Shown: positions 40,491 through 53,200 of the stretch, one piece after another | How positions within the stretch are numbered: position 1 is the first letter of the stretch | Layout of the letters: each line of letters opens with the position of its first letter | Assembly: GCA_009103225.1 (NCBI GenBank) | Contig: RHPI01001037.1 | Location: 1,092,916 to 1,156,915 of the forward strand | Length of the DNA stretch: 64,000 nucleotides | Direction: 5' to 3' | Source of the DNA: Chlorokybus atmophyticus | Taxonomy: Eukaryota; Plantae; Mesostigma and Chlorokybus algae | The notes under the pieces: generated by a model | The model's database searches: none | The model's input: the letters and a program-made list of their open reading frames with translations, nothing else | What the model was told of the DNA's origin: nothing | Made by a program: the position numbers and the translations under genes

Positions 40491-41270
40491 CCAGCTTTGT
40501 AGCTAGCGCATTGCGCCTGCGGGCAGCTGGCTTCCGGGACTTCGGGTCCTTCTGCCTTGGAATTTGTGGGCTCTTTTTGGTTCAAGTGGCGGACTTGAGA
40601 TGCATGTTCGTCATGGCCAAGGCTGCAGCCAGCTGTACGCTGTCCTAGGCGGCGGTCACTCTCGGATGAACCATGCAGCACTTGCCAGGCGTATCCCAGA
40701 GCCTCAGCTTCTTTGCATACTTCATGGCTGCAGTGTTCGACTGCAGGGGCTTGTCCGGCTTCGGAAGCTTCAGTTCCGGTTTGGGAATGTAGAGCGGCCG
40801 CCGCCGTTTCTTGTCCTCAGTGCCTGTGAACGTCACCCGCCCCAAGTCGAAGAGCCAAAAAAGCTTGCATGTCCCTACCTCCACCTTGTTTCACTTAAAG
40901 GTCTGCCGGGAGGAACCACTGGCACCCACTTGGCGGCTATAGCGTCCCGCCATCCTCGCCGCCACTACCCCACGCATGCAACCTTGGCGAAAAGACAGTG
41001 CGTGGGTTATATCTTACCACTAAATACATGCATATACGCCTGCCATATCCATCCACGCCTGTGTATTATGCCTGCATGTTATGACTGCGTTGAACTTCAG
41101 GCAGAATCTTTCGGTCACAGTGTCTTGCTCATCCACGCGTCCTTGCCAATGACGCGCAGCGTGTCCATGACGGCAGGGCTGGGGGATTGCGACGGGTTCC
41201 AGTTTCTCAGGCGCCGTGTGTCGGCACTCAACATTCTCGTTGATTCCTGTGGGTGCCGCCCGCTGTGCTC
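40481..41270 (-). pseudogene. Lys/Arg/Pro-rich reading frame interrupted by stops
   Basis: EDKKRRRPLYIPKPELKLPKPDKPLQSNTAAMKYAKKLRLWDTP...*...TKKSPQIPRQKDPKSRKPAARRRNALATKLVDDDCDSDKK lie in one frame across TAG/TGA stops. Confidence 0.35.
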
Positions 41271-41368
41271 GAGACGTTAGAGAGGCTCACCACCTGAACA
41301 CCATCATTGGTTCTCATGCATGGATGAACGTAAGTGTGCATGCGCTGACCCCTCAAGAGCCAACGAGC

Positions 41369-41782
41369 TCAGCTTGAGCACTCGACTGGTAGAAACGTGC
41401 AACAGAGCAGCTTGGTCGCGACGTTTCTTGTTGGGTCAGTTGCAACAATGCTTCCTGTTTGTGAAGCATGGGAGTGCAAGAACAATTCCCAAGTGAGCTC
41501 AAAGTGAGCTTTGTTTGCACATGTCCACATGTCGCTACACGCTGCGCACGCTGTCAAGTCAGCTGGCTCATGGTTCCGGCTGCCTTGGTCAATGTAGGTT
41601 GGCTTGTCCAGGCTAGACTGAAGTCGCTGCGCACTGTGTCTATTAGGCCGGTTGCCTCGGTGAGTGGCAAGCGAGGCAGCTGTGATGAATGGACCTCTAC
41701 GCTCCGGCTGCTCAAAACGCTGAGCGGCCAGTGCAAGCCGCCTACGTTTCGGAGTCTGCAGCACTGCGTCCTCAACATGCAA
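41369..41782 (-). CDS. Hypothetical ORF or exon (137 aa), basic, with TPKRRR
   Basis: Open frame only; no family recognised. Confidence 0.25.
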   Translation of the reverse strand: MHVEDAVLQTPKRRRLALAAQRFEQPERRGPFITAASLATHRGNRPNRHSAQRLQSSLDKPTYIDQGSRNHEPADLTACAACSDMWTCANKAHFELTWELFLHSHASQTGSIVATDPTRNVATKLLCCTFLPVECSS

Positions 41783-42027
41783 TGTGCATGACAGCTGGGT
41801 AAAGAGCGAAGGTTTGAGCGCTAGCTAGTACACAGCAACAGGACAAGCATCCAACACAAACGCGGAAGCTGCCAGCAGCTTTGTTTAGAACAGACTTCAG
41901 CTTCAAGGTGCTGAGGTACACTACTGCTTCCCCTGCATCGAAAGCAAGCTGTAGTTGCAGTAAAGACGTCGTTGTTACATTTGTTACACTGGGTTGGTTT
42001 CGTACTGGCTTTGCACTTTGACAGCTA

Positions 42028-43758
42028 ATGGCGACAAAGCGCAAGTTTAGGGCGCCTGTACTTCCCCGATCCCTTGGCAAGGTATTGCAGACAACGTATG
42101 CGCACTATGTTCCGCGTGCAGCAGTAGTTCTGTGTTTCAGAAACGGTGGTTGTGTGGGCAGGGCACAGCAGACAATGGAGGTGCTTTCGAGGATGGAGAA
42201 TCCGTGCTCTTGTCTCAGCCTATGTCTGATGGATATGACAACACCGAAAGAACGCCAACAAAGGCTCGGATAACAGCCGATGAACCACTAGCAGCTGTCC
42301 AGCCTGCATATGGAAGTATAAACAGGACCCCGAGCAACCACCACGCACAGCCAGCTGCAAACACCTCAGGTTGCCAGCTGGCAGGAGGAGGTATTACGCC
42401 ACTTGCCCAGAGAACAAACCAAGCAAGGCCCATGCAGTTGAACTATCAGTCAAGCCCTGGTGCAATCCCTCCTGCTTTTGCGCCCTCAAACATGGGCGCA
42501 TACGCGCACTCATGGCCAAAAGGTAGCACCCTGCCATATGCCCATGACGCCACGGGAGTGTCGGCAAGCAGGTATGCAATCTCTGCCGTGCTTAGTTGGC
42601 ACTGCCACCCAACTTGACAGTGTGCGTAGTCGCGCTGCAACCAACAACATTCGTGCGCAGGACCAGCTTTACACCTTCACATGCGAGCACGGCGAGCAAT
42701 AATGCTCAAAGATCAGGCGAACTGCAGGCAAGGCAAAGCAAACAGGCCCAGCTTCCTTTGGCATACCAACAAGCGGTTCCTCACCCGGTTCCGTTTCCTG
42801 AACGCCCTGCACGCCTGCAATTTCAAGTAAGCAGCTTCAAAGCTTGCACGCCAACATGGAACAAGGGTTCTGTTGCCTATCTGCCTATGTAAACTTCTGC
42901 AGACGCTGATCGTGCCAGGAAGCATGCCTGATTTTACTGCGTTTGGCATCATGAACTTGCTACCGCCATCATCAGAACTATTTGGTAAGCGCAAACAAAC
43001 CAGGGTGCCGAATGATTCACTCCAGCTCTGAATGCTGTTTGCGATGATGCCTTTGGCTATGGCACACATCATCTGCCTGCCTTTTGAGTCATCAACAATA
43101 CGTTGGGATTTCTGTAGGCCGTGCACAGCGTCGCAAGCCACCAGAGTGGATGGAGTTGACTCAGCTGATAACAGCGGAGCAGAGAGCTGCAGTTTTGAGC
43201 ATGCTGCGGCCGCAAGCAGCCGAAACAATTGCCCTTCAGGAGAACAGCGCTAAAGCATTGGCTATGGACGCCGAGCGTGTACTTGCTGATGATACTTGGC
43301 GACCAGACTCAGCTTCAAGCAGGTATGCTGTTGAATGCTGTGCGAGTGCATGATTGCAAAACATAGCGCCATGGCATGACCAAACGTCATATGTGTGTGC
43401 ACATGCGTGCATTTGTGCGTATGTATGCGCCTGCATGTGCAGTGCCCAGATACAGGAGCTGCCGGTTGGGTTTAAGCACAGGAGGTTTGCTTGTTTGGAG
43501 CACGGGTGGGTGTTGCTAGAAGAGACCTGCGAACCAAAGCCGCAGAAGTACGGTGCAACGAGCAAGAGACTGGCCAGCAATGCTTATGCAGCCACAGCAG
43601 AGGTCGAGAATGCACTCGCTCTGATGTCGTATGAGGAGCAGGCGCGCGAGTTCCGCCTCGTGCAGAGCTCCGAGCAACAGCAGCGTGTAGAGGTCGCGCG
43701 CTGCAGCAGACTTAGAGACCTTGACTTGTCGAGTCTGTTGGCACCAATCGCTTTGTAA
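42028..43758 (+). CDS. Hypothetical multi-exon protein (about 6 exons), largely low-complexity N-half
   Basis: Consecutive exons with canonical GT-AG sites join in frame: MATKRKFRAPVLPRSLGK|KRWLCGQG...|...|TLIVPGSMPDFTAFGIMNLLPP|GRAQRRKPPEWMELTQL...|...GWVLLEETC...LDLSSLLAPIAL*. Confidence 0.7.
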
Positions 43759-44950
43759 GACTTCTCATCTGAAATTTTCTGCAGCAAACGAGGTTAGAGC
43801 AAGTGCCAGTGCTGCTTCCAAAGGCAGCAGGCCAAGCGCACTTGGCTCTTGATGGTGGCAATTGTACCAACCAGCCTTGTTACAAACATCACTATGCCAC
43901 ACTCGATTCTGTGCTGTTGTTACGCATCTACATGACACCACCGATTTGACTCACACCCCATACAGCTTCTTGGCAGCACTGCTTACCATACATGTCGTGG
44001 TCACTCCGCTTGTCTGTGGAAACGCACACAAGCATTCTGACTGCACACCACTGTACTGAAAAGGAGTTTGGATCAGTGCGCTGCTGTTATAACTGTGGTG
44101 TGGTCGCGCAGTTTCACAGTTGCAGGTGCACAGCAGCAGCATCAGTTCCCTTGGCACTCGAGCAGCTGGCGCGCCACCACTAGTGCTTGTTACATTGCAA
44201 GCCCTCATACGCACCGGTCTCTCTGTCTTTGAAAAGTTATGCATTTGCTCAGTGCTTATCACCATCACTTGTATTGTTTACTCGAAAGCTATAATGAGAG
44301 CGCACAGAGTGACAAGCAAAGCACTGCATACCCAAGCAGTGCACCATTGCTTGGGAGTGCGCAAAGGTTACATGCACGCTAAGTCCTTCACTTATTCTGT
44401 GCAGACATGACAACCTTAACTCTCAATACAAAGTGCACTCCTTGACGTTGCATGCTTGGCCATTGGCAACTGAAAGTGTGCAGCTTTTTGGTCCTGTAGC
44501 TGCAGCATGCAGTGTGGCACGACCTCGTCATCCCTTGTTTCGCACAATTATCACTTGTTGTAATTGTCATGTGTTGCGCAACCGTGTCCTCAACCAATGG
44601 GGATGCCGCTGGCAATGTATCTGTGAGAATATGCTATATGGAATAGTCAGCCATGCACCTGCAAGCTGGAGTGTGCGGCCGCAACCACCACAGTGATAAC
44701 TACACACAACTTGAACTTCAACCTTCAGCGAGTGAAGCCATACACCTTTACAATACAGCACACTGAGCCTGCAACTAGCTACTAACCCTGCTACAAACCC
44801 CAATTACCACAGAGAGGTCCCAACCTCCTGCACCGCAACAGACCTACCATGTTCCCTGTACCTGATGCCTGATGTGCTCGTACCTTTTGCAGATGATTGA
44901 GGCAACTTCGGCAAAATCCAGCATTTGTAATGAAACCACCACTTTCGGGG

Positions 44951-46601
44951 TTAAAGGGTGAGCAACTCTTCCACAAAGATTGCAAGCTTTTCAAGCATAG
45001 CTGGTCGCACGCTTTCCATTGCAGCTTTCAACCTGTCTTGGTCAGCACCCTTGCCTTCCACTGTCACCGTGAACTGATACTCATCTTCCGTGTTCTCATA
45101 AGCGAACTCTGAAAGTTTCAGCTCCCCTTTCACAAGAGATGCCAACTCCGTGTCGCTGTGCTCTAACTGCCCTTCCCAACTGAAGGTCAATGTGATATCG
45201 TAATGAGCGAACTTTTTGTTTCCCTTGCGTGTGTTTACACTCACCTGCAGAAAATCTATGTCAGGTCAGCCCGCCACCAGCTACATGCCCACAAGTGCAT
45301 TGTGCCAACAGTTCCTTACAGCACAGAGGACTTGCTGTAATACTACCAGATTGGAACACAACACACAATCATGGCCACGGATATTGTTGCAAAGGCAAGA
45401 AGATTCCATGTTGCTGCTGAAGGTACAGTGACGAATACCATGCAGTGTTTATGAGTGCACATGCAGGTCCGTGCTGTGCAACCCAATGAAAAGTCTGATG
45501 GCAATCATAACAGCAGGTACGCACATCACCGTCCAAACTCTTCAAGCCCGTGATGAGTGCGTAGCCTTCCTTTGGGTCCATCACCGCGCGCAGCCCTTTC
45601 ACTAGTTCTGGCAGTCTCTGCTTGCTCCATTCCTTGCAGTTCTTCTCTGTCCTAGAGCAGCAAATTTTCACCACACACATTACCAGGCTGCGCTTGACTA
45701 TGTTTAGTGCTTAACAGTCCCACCCAAAAACAAGAGATGTACACCTTCCACCCCAAGTAACGCTTGCCACTACTAATGAAACTTGATGGGGACCTCGACA
45801 GCAAATCGCATACAGAATGAAGTTGACTATGCAATAACACGTCAATTTTCACCACGTGCATGTTGCGATGAAATCGTTGTAACCTGTTGGTACTGTACTT
45901 CAACAGCTGCTCTGCTCGTGAACAGCATGGTAAACACCAAGAAGCACACTGACTACTTGTTCGTTCCAAGCTACCTCCTGTTCGAAATACATTCGCAATC
46001 TGTTGTGTGCCGCAACTCAGGAGCATGCGAGCACACATTGATCTACAAGCTAACGAAGGAGGCGTATTGTGACTGTGCGGCAGTAGGTACAGTCAAGACC
46101 AATTGTAACTTGTTGCACTGCCTACTGATTTTAGGAGGGTAGCACCACATATGCATGCTTAAAACAAGGTAAATTGAATAACCGACAGCTTGCATTGTGT
46201 TTCAACTTCAAATGTGATATGTGGCTCGGGTACAATGTCCACGCACAGCGCTACATGCCAATACACGCCATGCATAAGGACAACATACTTGCCAAGTGTA
46301 GTACGACATCGCTTACAAAAATAACCTGACAGCTGCCGGCAATCGTGTTATACAAAGCAAATATGCAAGCAGAGGGACGCGCAATGCACTTGCTGAGACA
46401 GCAGCAAATACTGCTCGTTGAACTGTAGCGCCGTCTCCCTGATAACAATGCACCCCCATGACCGACATACATGCCACTATTGCCGCTGTGAATGGCGTTG
46501 CACACATGCGCGTTGACATACCAATGCCACCCGTTGATGTTTGTGCCGTCAGCCCTTTCTGCCACAACCCAGCGCGGATCTCCTTCCCCCCACTTCGCCA
46601 T
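44951..46601 (-). CDS. AHA1: Activator of Hsp90 ATPase, N-terminal domain only (Aha1_N/Hch1-type); 3 exons
   Basis: MAKWGEGDPRWVVAERADGTNINGWHW|TEKNCKEWSKQRL...LKSLDGD|VSVNTRKGNKKFAHYDITLTFSWEG...VKGELKLSEFAYEN...VEELLTL*. Confidence 0.92.
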
Positions 46602-46952
46602 TCACGGCGTGCTCCGGCTGGAGGCTCGGCTAGTCCGCTGCAGCCAGACCTAATACTCACAGTCAACCGCCTAAGACAGCTGCGCCTAATCACCACAGAC
46701 CCCGTCCCAAGAGCCACAGGCCGACCCCCAGGCTCAGCCCCAGAGCCAGCCCTATCAACAGCGCCAGCAGCAGGATCGGGACCAGGAGCAGCCGTAAATA
46801 CAGCAGCGGCGCCAGCGCGCCCGACAGCGTCTCACACCTTTACTCCCTGCTCCAGCTGCTGCTTGTCCTCCACCTCCTCCTGCTGCTGCTTCGCCGCCGC
46901 CGCCGCCGCCGCCCGTATTGCCCGCCACATAAGGCCTAGTAGAGCTCAGGGT

Positions 46953-47086
46953 TAGGGTTTCCAGAAACCTAATTGTGACCCTGATCCAAACAAACCTGGT
47001 TTGGGCGCCGATCCAGATCTTGCCGTCACGTGATGACCAAGAAAAGACTACTTTCAGATTGCGATCGTTCCATTGAGTTAGGGTTT
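46953..47086. promoter_or_regulatory. Two telo-boxes (TAGGGTTT = reverse complement of AAACCCTA) in the divergent AHA1/CFAP57 promoter
   Basis: TAGGGTTT at 46953-46960 and 47079-47086, plus a related AAACCTAA near 46965. Confidence 0.6.
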
Positions 47087-47289
47087 GGCAGCTGCTGAGT
47101 GGCCTCCAAGGCGCAGGCGGCAGCGGCGGTGGAGCAGGTGGCGCAGGAGGAGGAGAAGGAGGAGGAGGAGAGAGAGGAGCAGGAGAAAGACTGCAGGAAG
47201 TTCGGGGCAGGGCAGGCTGGCGGTGAGGGTCTGCTCGGTGTGAGTTGAGGGGATGGCTGAGGAGTGAGTGGGTGGCAGCGCAAAGCTCC

Positions 47290-50200
47290 ATGGCGGTCTC
47301 CACACTGCTCACCAGGCAAGCAGCATTGCACCTTCTTGATTACATTCAGCGTCTAAATGCTTGGTCGGCATATCACCCGAACGACACCCTAATATCACCC
47401 TCTACTTTGAAAATGCCACGGTCGCCTCAATGTGATAGGTCGTGACACAGTCTATGTGTAGGATAAGCAGCAGATAGCAGGGATTATGAAATACGTGTAT
47501 GACATGAGACATGGAAAGTCTCATTGTGTTATTTGGCACTGTTGCGCTTTTGGTAGAGCGCAGTAGTCACTACCAGAAGTGCTCACAAAGGCGCAATGGC
47601 CACCAGCAGCATCAGGGTGTGGGAATGGTGTTTTATCAGTGCCGAGCCACGCTTTTGCTGCAATCACACCAACAACGAACTATTAACAGTACTGGTGGCC
47701 AACAGAGAATACCACAAAAATGAGTGTCACACTCTCAGGCACGTGTTCGGTGCCCGTGGAGACCTCCGCGATGGCGTGGCCTACGCGGACGAGGGAACCC
47801 TCGTGTACGCTGCAGGCCGCTCTGCAATCATATGCCAGGTTTAGATTTGCACTGATACAGGCATCTTTGACTTTCATGCCATATACATATAAGCCAGTTT
47901 GGCTTGAGCCACTCCTTTATGAACAGGTGGAAGCGCGGTCCCAAAGAGTTATACAAGGCACTCCCGAGTCGGAATCCATATCTGCAGTCTCCCTCTCACC
48001 ATCCCGAAAGGTAAACTCACTCACTTCGAGCAGAACTAAAGCAACAACAATAGGCAACAAGTTGCCTGATGCTGCGAACTGGTTGCCTTCAGCACCTGGC
48101 GGTGGCCGAAAGGGGCGGAGAGAGGGCGACCGTTAGCATCTATGATGTGAACACGCTGAAGAGAAGGAAGATCCTCACTACATCAGAGTCACTCAGCAAG
48201 GTATGTGCGCACGTGCATGTTTCTGCGCGTATGCATGTGTGTGCATGCGTGAGCGTATGTGTGCGCGCATATAAGCACATGTGCGCATAAGCACATGTGC
48301 GCATGTATATGTGCGCTTATGTGTGCATGACAAGAAGCATGCTCGATACCGACAAGCGTTGACAATTTGTGTGCGATGGCAGGAGTTTGTGTCAGTGGCA
48401 TGGAGCGCAGACTCGCGGTGCGTGGCGGCGCAGGGAGGCGCACCCGATTGGACGCTCGTCGTGTGGATGTGGGAGAAGGCTAAAGTCGCCGCTTCCCTCA
48501 AGACCACCAACCACCACGCCGCACCTGTCCATCAGGTAACCCAAGGAAGCAAGGAAGGGAGAATGTTGCCATGACGAACGCTTCAACACTGGCATGTCTT
48601 CCAGAACTATCCGTAAATAAGTGCCACTTCCACGCACGCATGCCAACCACTATTCCTCATGTTTAGTGTCATGCCTGTGGACCTTACTGGTGTGGCTCTT
48701 ATCAGGTGGCGTTTCATCCGCAAGATCCGGCGGTGTTGAGTGTGGTCGGGGACGGCATCTGCAAGACCTTCCGCCTAGCAGACTCCCTACTTAAGCTCCT
48801 CCCTTCCTCCATCACAAAGCGGGACCAGCAGGTGTGTATGTTAGTAGTTACTGACACGGAAAGAATAAGGTGAAGCTCTTGATAACTGGTGATGACTGGT
48901 CAACGCGTGTCCATGCAGAACTATGTCTGCCATGCCTGGCTGCCCGCCGATGTTGACCGCTGCGTCGTGGCTACTGACAACGGCGAGCTCTTGCTGCTGG
49001 AAAACGGCGAGGTTTGTATTGTTTCCATGTTCGTTGCAGTAAGTTGTTGACCACTGCTACTGGTTACTGATAGTGGTTGCATAACCGATGTGTGCCAACA
49101 GTACAAAACAACCATACCGTACACATGGGAGGGAAGGTCCATTGAGTGCATCATCGGGTACAGCAAGGTGAGGAGAGGAAACCGTGTTGCACACGCTATG
49201 CCTTCAATCACGCGCAGTCAGGTTACTGACCTGTGTGAGCAAAATTCAGGGGTTCATTGTTGGTGGAGAGCGCGGACGTGTGACCGTCTTCGAGCGTGCC
49301 GACCCCGGCGATGGCGGCTCTCCCGCCTACCGCCCCGGCCGCACCGCCCGAGTGCTCCCTCCTTCCGGCGCCACCGCCTCCAGTACGCACACACACTGAC
49401 ACACACACACAATGCATTTGACAACAGCCGCTCATAATTAGCACTCCCTTCACAGCCATGCCGGTGTCGGAGATGTCGGGTTCATCGATATCGGGTCCAT
49501 CGGGTTTGGGTCCCGGCGGCTCGGGGTTGACAGCAGCAGAGGTGGCCCTGCGTGTGCGTTCCCTGGCGCTGTCACCCTCGGAGGAGACCCTCGTGGCCGC
49601 CACGCGCGGCGGCAACCTCCTCACACTCGCACTGTCCGCCTCGGACATGATGCTCAAGGCTGACGAGGAGGCACGCTTTGAACCCCTCCAACATGGCTTC
49701 CACATGCAAGTAAGTTCTAAAAGCTGTATAGAATGTCCTTCAGCCAACCGTGTTGTGTGCTTATACAAGTTTGCCATTGTCGTCAATAATAGTTTCTACC
49801 AGTCAGGTGGGCTCATGCAAAGAGAAACACTCACTGTTGTGTTTGTTGTGTTGCAGGGTGTGACGGGTTTGGACTTGTGCATAAGGAAGCCGTTGGCGGT
49901 GACTTGCAGCACGGACAAGAGCGTGCGCGTGTGGAACTACCTGGAGCGCACGTGTGAGATGGTGAAGTTCTTCCCCGAGGAGGCCCACAGCGTGGCATTC
50001 CACCCCTCGGGCCTGCACATACTTGTAGGCTTCGCCGACAAGCTTCGCCTCATGAACCTGCTCATGGACGACATAAGAGGGTATGCAAGATGACCATGCG
50101 CATGAGCAAAATTGTAATTTTGCACGTGTGTGCGTGCCTGTTGGTGACTATGTGCGTGCGTGCGCGCGTGTTGCTGTTTGCATGCGTATTTGTGCTTGTT

Positions 50201-53200
50201 TGCATGAGCGTATCTGCATGGATGTGTAAACATGCTGGGTGCAGGTACAAGGAGTTTGGGATCAAAGCGTGTCGGGAGTGCCGCTTCAGCTCGGGAGGGC
50301 ACCTGTTTGCTGCTGTAAACTCGAACACCGTACAAATATACAACACTTACACCGGGGAGAACGTTGGCAACCTCCGTGGGCACAACGGCAAGGTACGTGC
50401 CGTTTGCAACTCTACAGTGACGGATGGTCGTACAGTGTCTACCACATGCAATTGCGTTGATGCACACGTGCACACACATGCATGTCCGCACATAAACGCA
50501 CACGGACACCCACATGCGCACGTGCAGGTGAGGTCTGTTGTGTGGAGCAGTGACGACGCGAGGCTTGTGACGGCGGGTGCGGACGGCGCTGTGTATGAGT
50601 GGCGTCTGCGCGACTGCAAGCGTGAGCGTGAGCACGTCCTGAAGGGTTGCGCGTACGCGGCGGCCCTGCCCGCTCCCCCGGACGGTCGCACCCTCGTTGC
50701 CGTTGGCTCCGACCGCACCCTCAAGGAGCTCGACGAGGCCGCGCAGCTCATCAAGGAGCACGACGCCAACGGCGTGGTCCTCACGCAGCTCGCCGTATCC
50801 ACAAGCGGACGCGCACTCTTCGCTGGTACTGAAAAGGGAGGCCTCAGGACGTACCGACTCCCACTCACCGGCGAGTTCCAAGAACACCCGTGCACCTCCT
50901 CGTCCATCACACGCCTCCGCATCAGGTACGTGTGCCAACAATCATATTACCACCTAGCGTTATGCTCACCTGGTTGACACGTGGTGTACACGCAGCTGTG
51001 ATGAGTCGATGCTATTCTGCGGGTCGGAGGATGGATGCTTGTTCATATACGACCTGCGTGACAAGGAGGCGCGAAGCGCCAAGAGAGAGAAAGAGACTCT
51101 AGTAAGCGTGTTATGTGTGCACGTAATACATGCACGCACGCAAGACGGGTTGTGCGTTTGTGTGTAACATTAGAACTGTGCTTGTTTCAGACATATGCGG
51201 AAGAGGTGCTTGTGACCAAAGTGGACTTGGAGGAGAAGCGGGCACGCATGCAAGAGCTGGAAACACAAGTAAGAACAAGAGGCCTGCCAACATCCAGCTT
51301 TACACTTCTGCGCACAATCAATGCGTATCTGAGCTGACTGTGTTGTGTTGATCAGGTGAACGAGCTGACGATGCAGAACGAGTATCAGCTGAGGCTGAAA
51401 GACCTGAACATGAACGAGCGCATCAAGGACCTCACAGAGAAGTTCACGCATGAGCTTGACAGCGCTAAGCTGAAGTACGAGCTCCTTCTTCAGGTACGAC
51501 ACAAACCTAGCACATAACCCCAGTCTGATGATGCATAGATCATCACTAGCTTCATAGCATATTGTGCATAGTTCTGACCATTGTTGTTATGATCCTCAGG
51601 AAAAGAATGAGGCAGAGTTGGAGGCGGATGAGCGCATGCGCCGTGCTGAGGAGAAGTCCAAGGAGGCCTCATCGGCGCTGGAAGCCCAGTTCCAAGTAAA
51701 GCCCATCAGCTCTTTACACTACGCTTGTGTGCATGGATGAAGCCAGCAAGCTGATACATGCTGTTTTCACCCCGCGTGCAGGGAAAGGTGATGGCAGAGA
51801 TGGAGCGGTACGGCCTGCTGCAAGCCGAGCGTGACAGCCTGGATGCTAGATGGGAGGAACAAAACGCCCTGCTTGTGGAATCCCACGAGCGCGTCATACA
51901 GGTACACGTCAACAACACTGACTGCATAATGCTGCAACATGACTAGCAGCATACTGACTACTTGTGTGATACTGGCTGCCTGTGTAATACGGGAGATGAG
52001 CATCAACACACTTGTGTACCTTGCGCAGGAGTTGACAGAGGAGTATGAGGCGCGGTTGCAGGAGGAGGCTCTGGCGCTAAATCGCGCGAGGCAGGAGGGT
52101 CGCGACGCCCAGCGCGAGGCTGATGAGGCCCGCAAGCAGATTGAAGAGGACGCTGACCGGGAGATTGAGGAGCTGAAAGAAAGGTCTGTTGTGTGCAATG
52201 CTGATTGGTTTTGCTGTCCTGTGCAAGTGTGTATGCGTCCGCTGAGGGAGTGTGTGTGGTAGGTATGAGGGGAAGCTTGGGGCAGAGAGGGAGGCAGGGC
52301 TGAGGTTAAAGGGTGAGAACGGCATCATGAAGAAGAAGTTCAACGCGCTGCAGAAAGACATTGAGGACCAGAAAGAGGAGATCAAAGCGCTGTTTGAGCA
52401 GGCACGTTGAGTGCCTGATGACGGCAGGTGCACCTGTTTGTGAATGGATGCTAACATTATCACTTGATTGCTTCAGAAAAGCGAGTTGTATGCAACAATC
52501 ACCGGGCTGGAGAAGGACATCAACGGCTTGAAGAAGGAGATCAAGGAGCGAGATGAGACCATTGGCGACAAGGAGAAACGAATATATGACTTGAAGAAGA
52601 AGAACCAGGAGCTTGAGAAATTCAAGTTTGTGCTGGATTACAAGATCAAGGAGCTCAAGCGACAAATTGAGCCTCGCGAAGCAGAGATTGCGGACATGCG
52701 TGCCCGCATACATGCCATGGATGGCGAGCTCGAACGCTACCACAAGTCCAATGCCGCCCTTGACCTCACCATCACGTATGAATGCTTGGTTTCATATCAT
52801 TACTTTTCTGCTTGGGTGTATACTCACTTGCGCTCCTTTGCAGTGACCTGCACATGAAGCTGGATGGTGTCCAGAAAGAGGCCGTGGTGTTGCGCCGGAA
52901 GTTTGCTGATGCCACATCTGTCATCACGGCGTTCCAACATGACCTGCAGGTAAGGCTGCTCCATAGCATGTATTGGCAATTGGTTGCCAATACATAGCAA
53001 CAGGTATCAACAACAATTGGCAACTTGCAGGAAGCTGTGGACCACATCCTGGACCCTACCGCCTTGACGGAAGCAGTCAAGAAGCTGTATCAGCGGCATG
53101 CTGCCGACATTGCAGCTAGGCCAAAGGCCGATCCCGACACTGACATCCATCGCGAATACGCCCGACAAAGGTAAGCTATCCTATACGCAGCAAAGTGTTC

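Noticed and set aside
36504-41900. Classical transposon identity (TIRs, LTRs, DDE transposase, reverse transcriptase, Helitron Rep/Pif1) for the decayed island
   Set aside because: No terminal repeats, target-site duplication or diagnostic motifs were found by eye, so the island is not called a mobile element.
44951-46601. AHA1 lacking the C-terminal START-like domain as a novelty
   Set aside because: N-domain-only Aha1 homologues (Hch1-type) are already known in fungi and plants.
46602-46604. TGA before the AHA1 ATG as a selenocysteine codon
   Set aside because: No redox motif context, no SECIS recognised, and the conserved AHA1 N-terminus starts at the following ATG.
49937-50941. 334-aa minus-strand ORF, and similar antisense ORFs at 30457-31128, 6311-6754 and 50347-50922
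   Set aside because: They are antisense shadows of GC-rich exons of CFAP57, the WLM gene and the LRR ORF, with no recognisable motifs.
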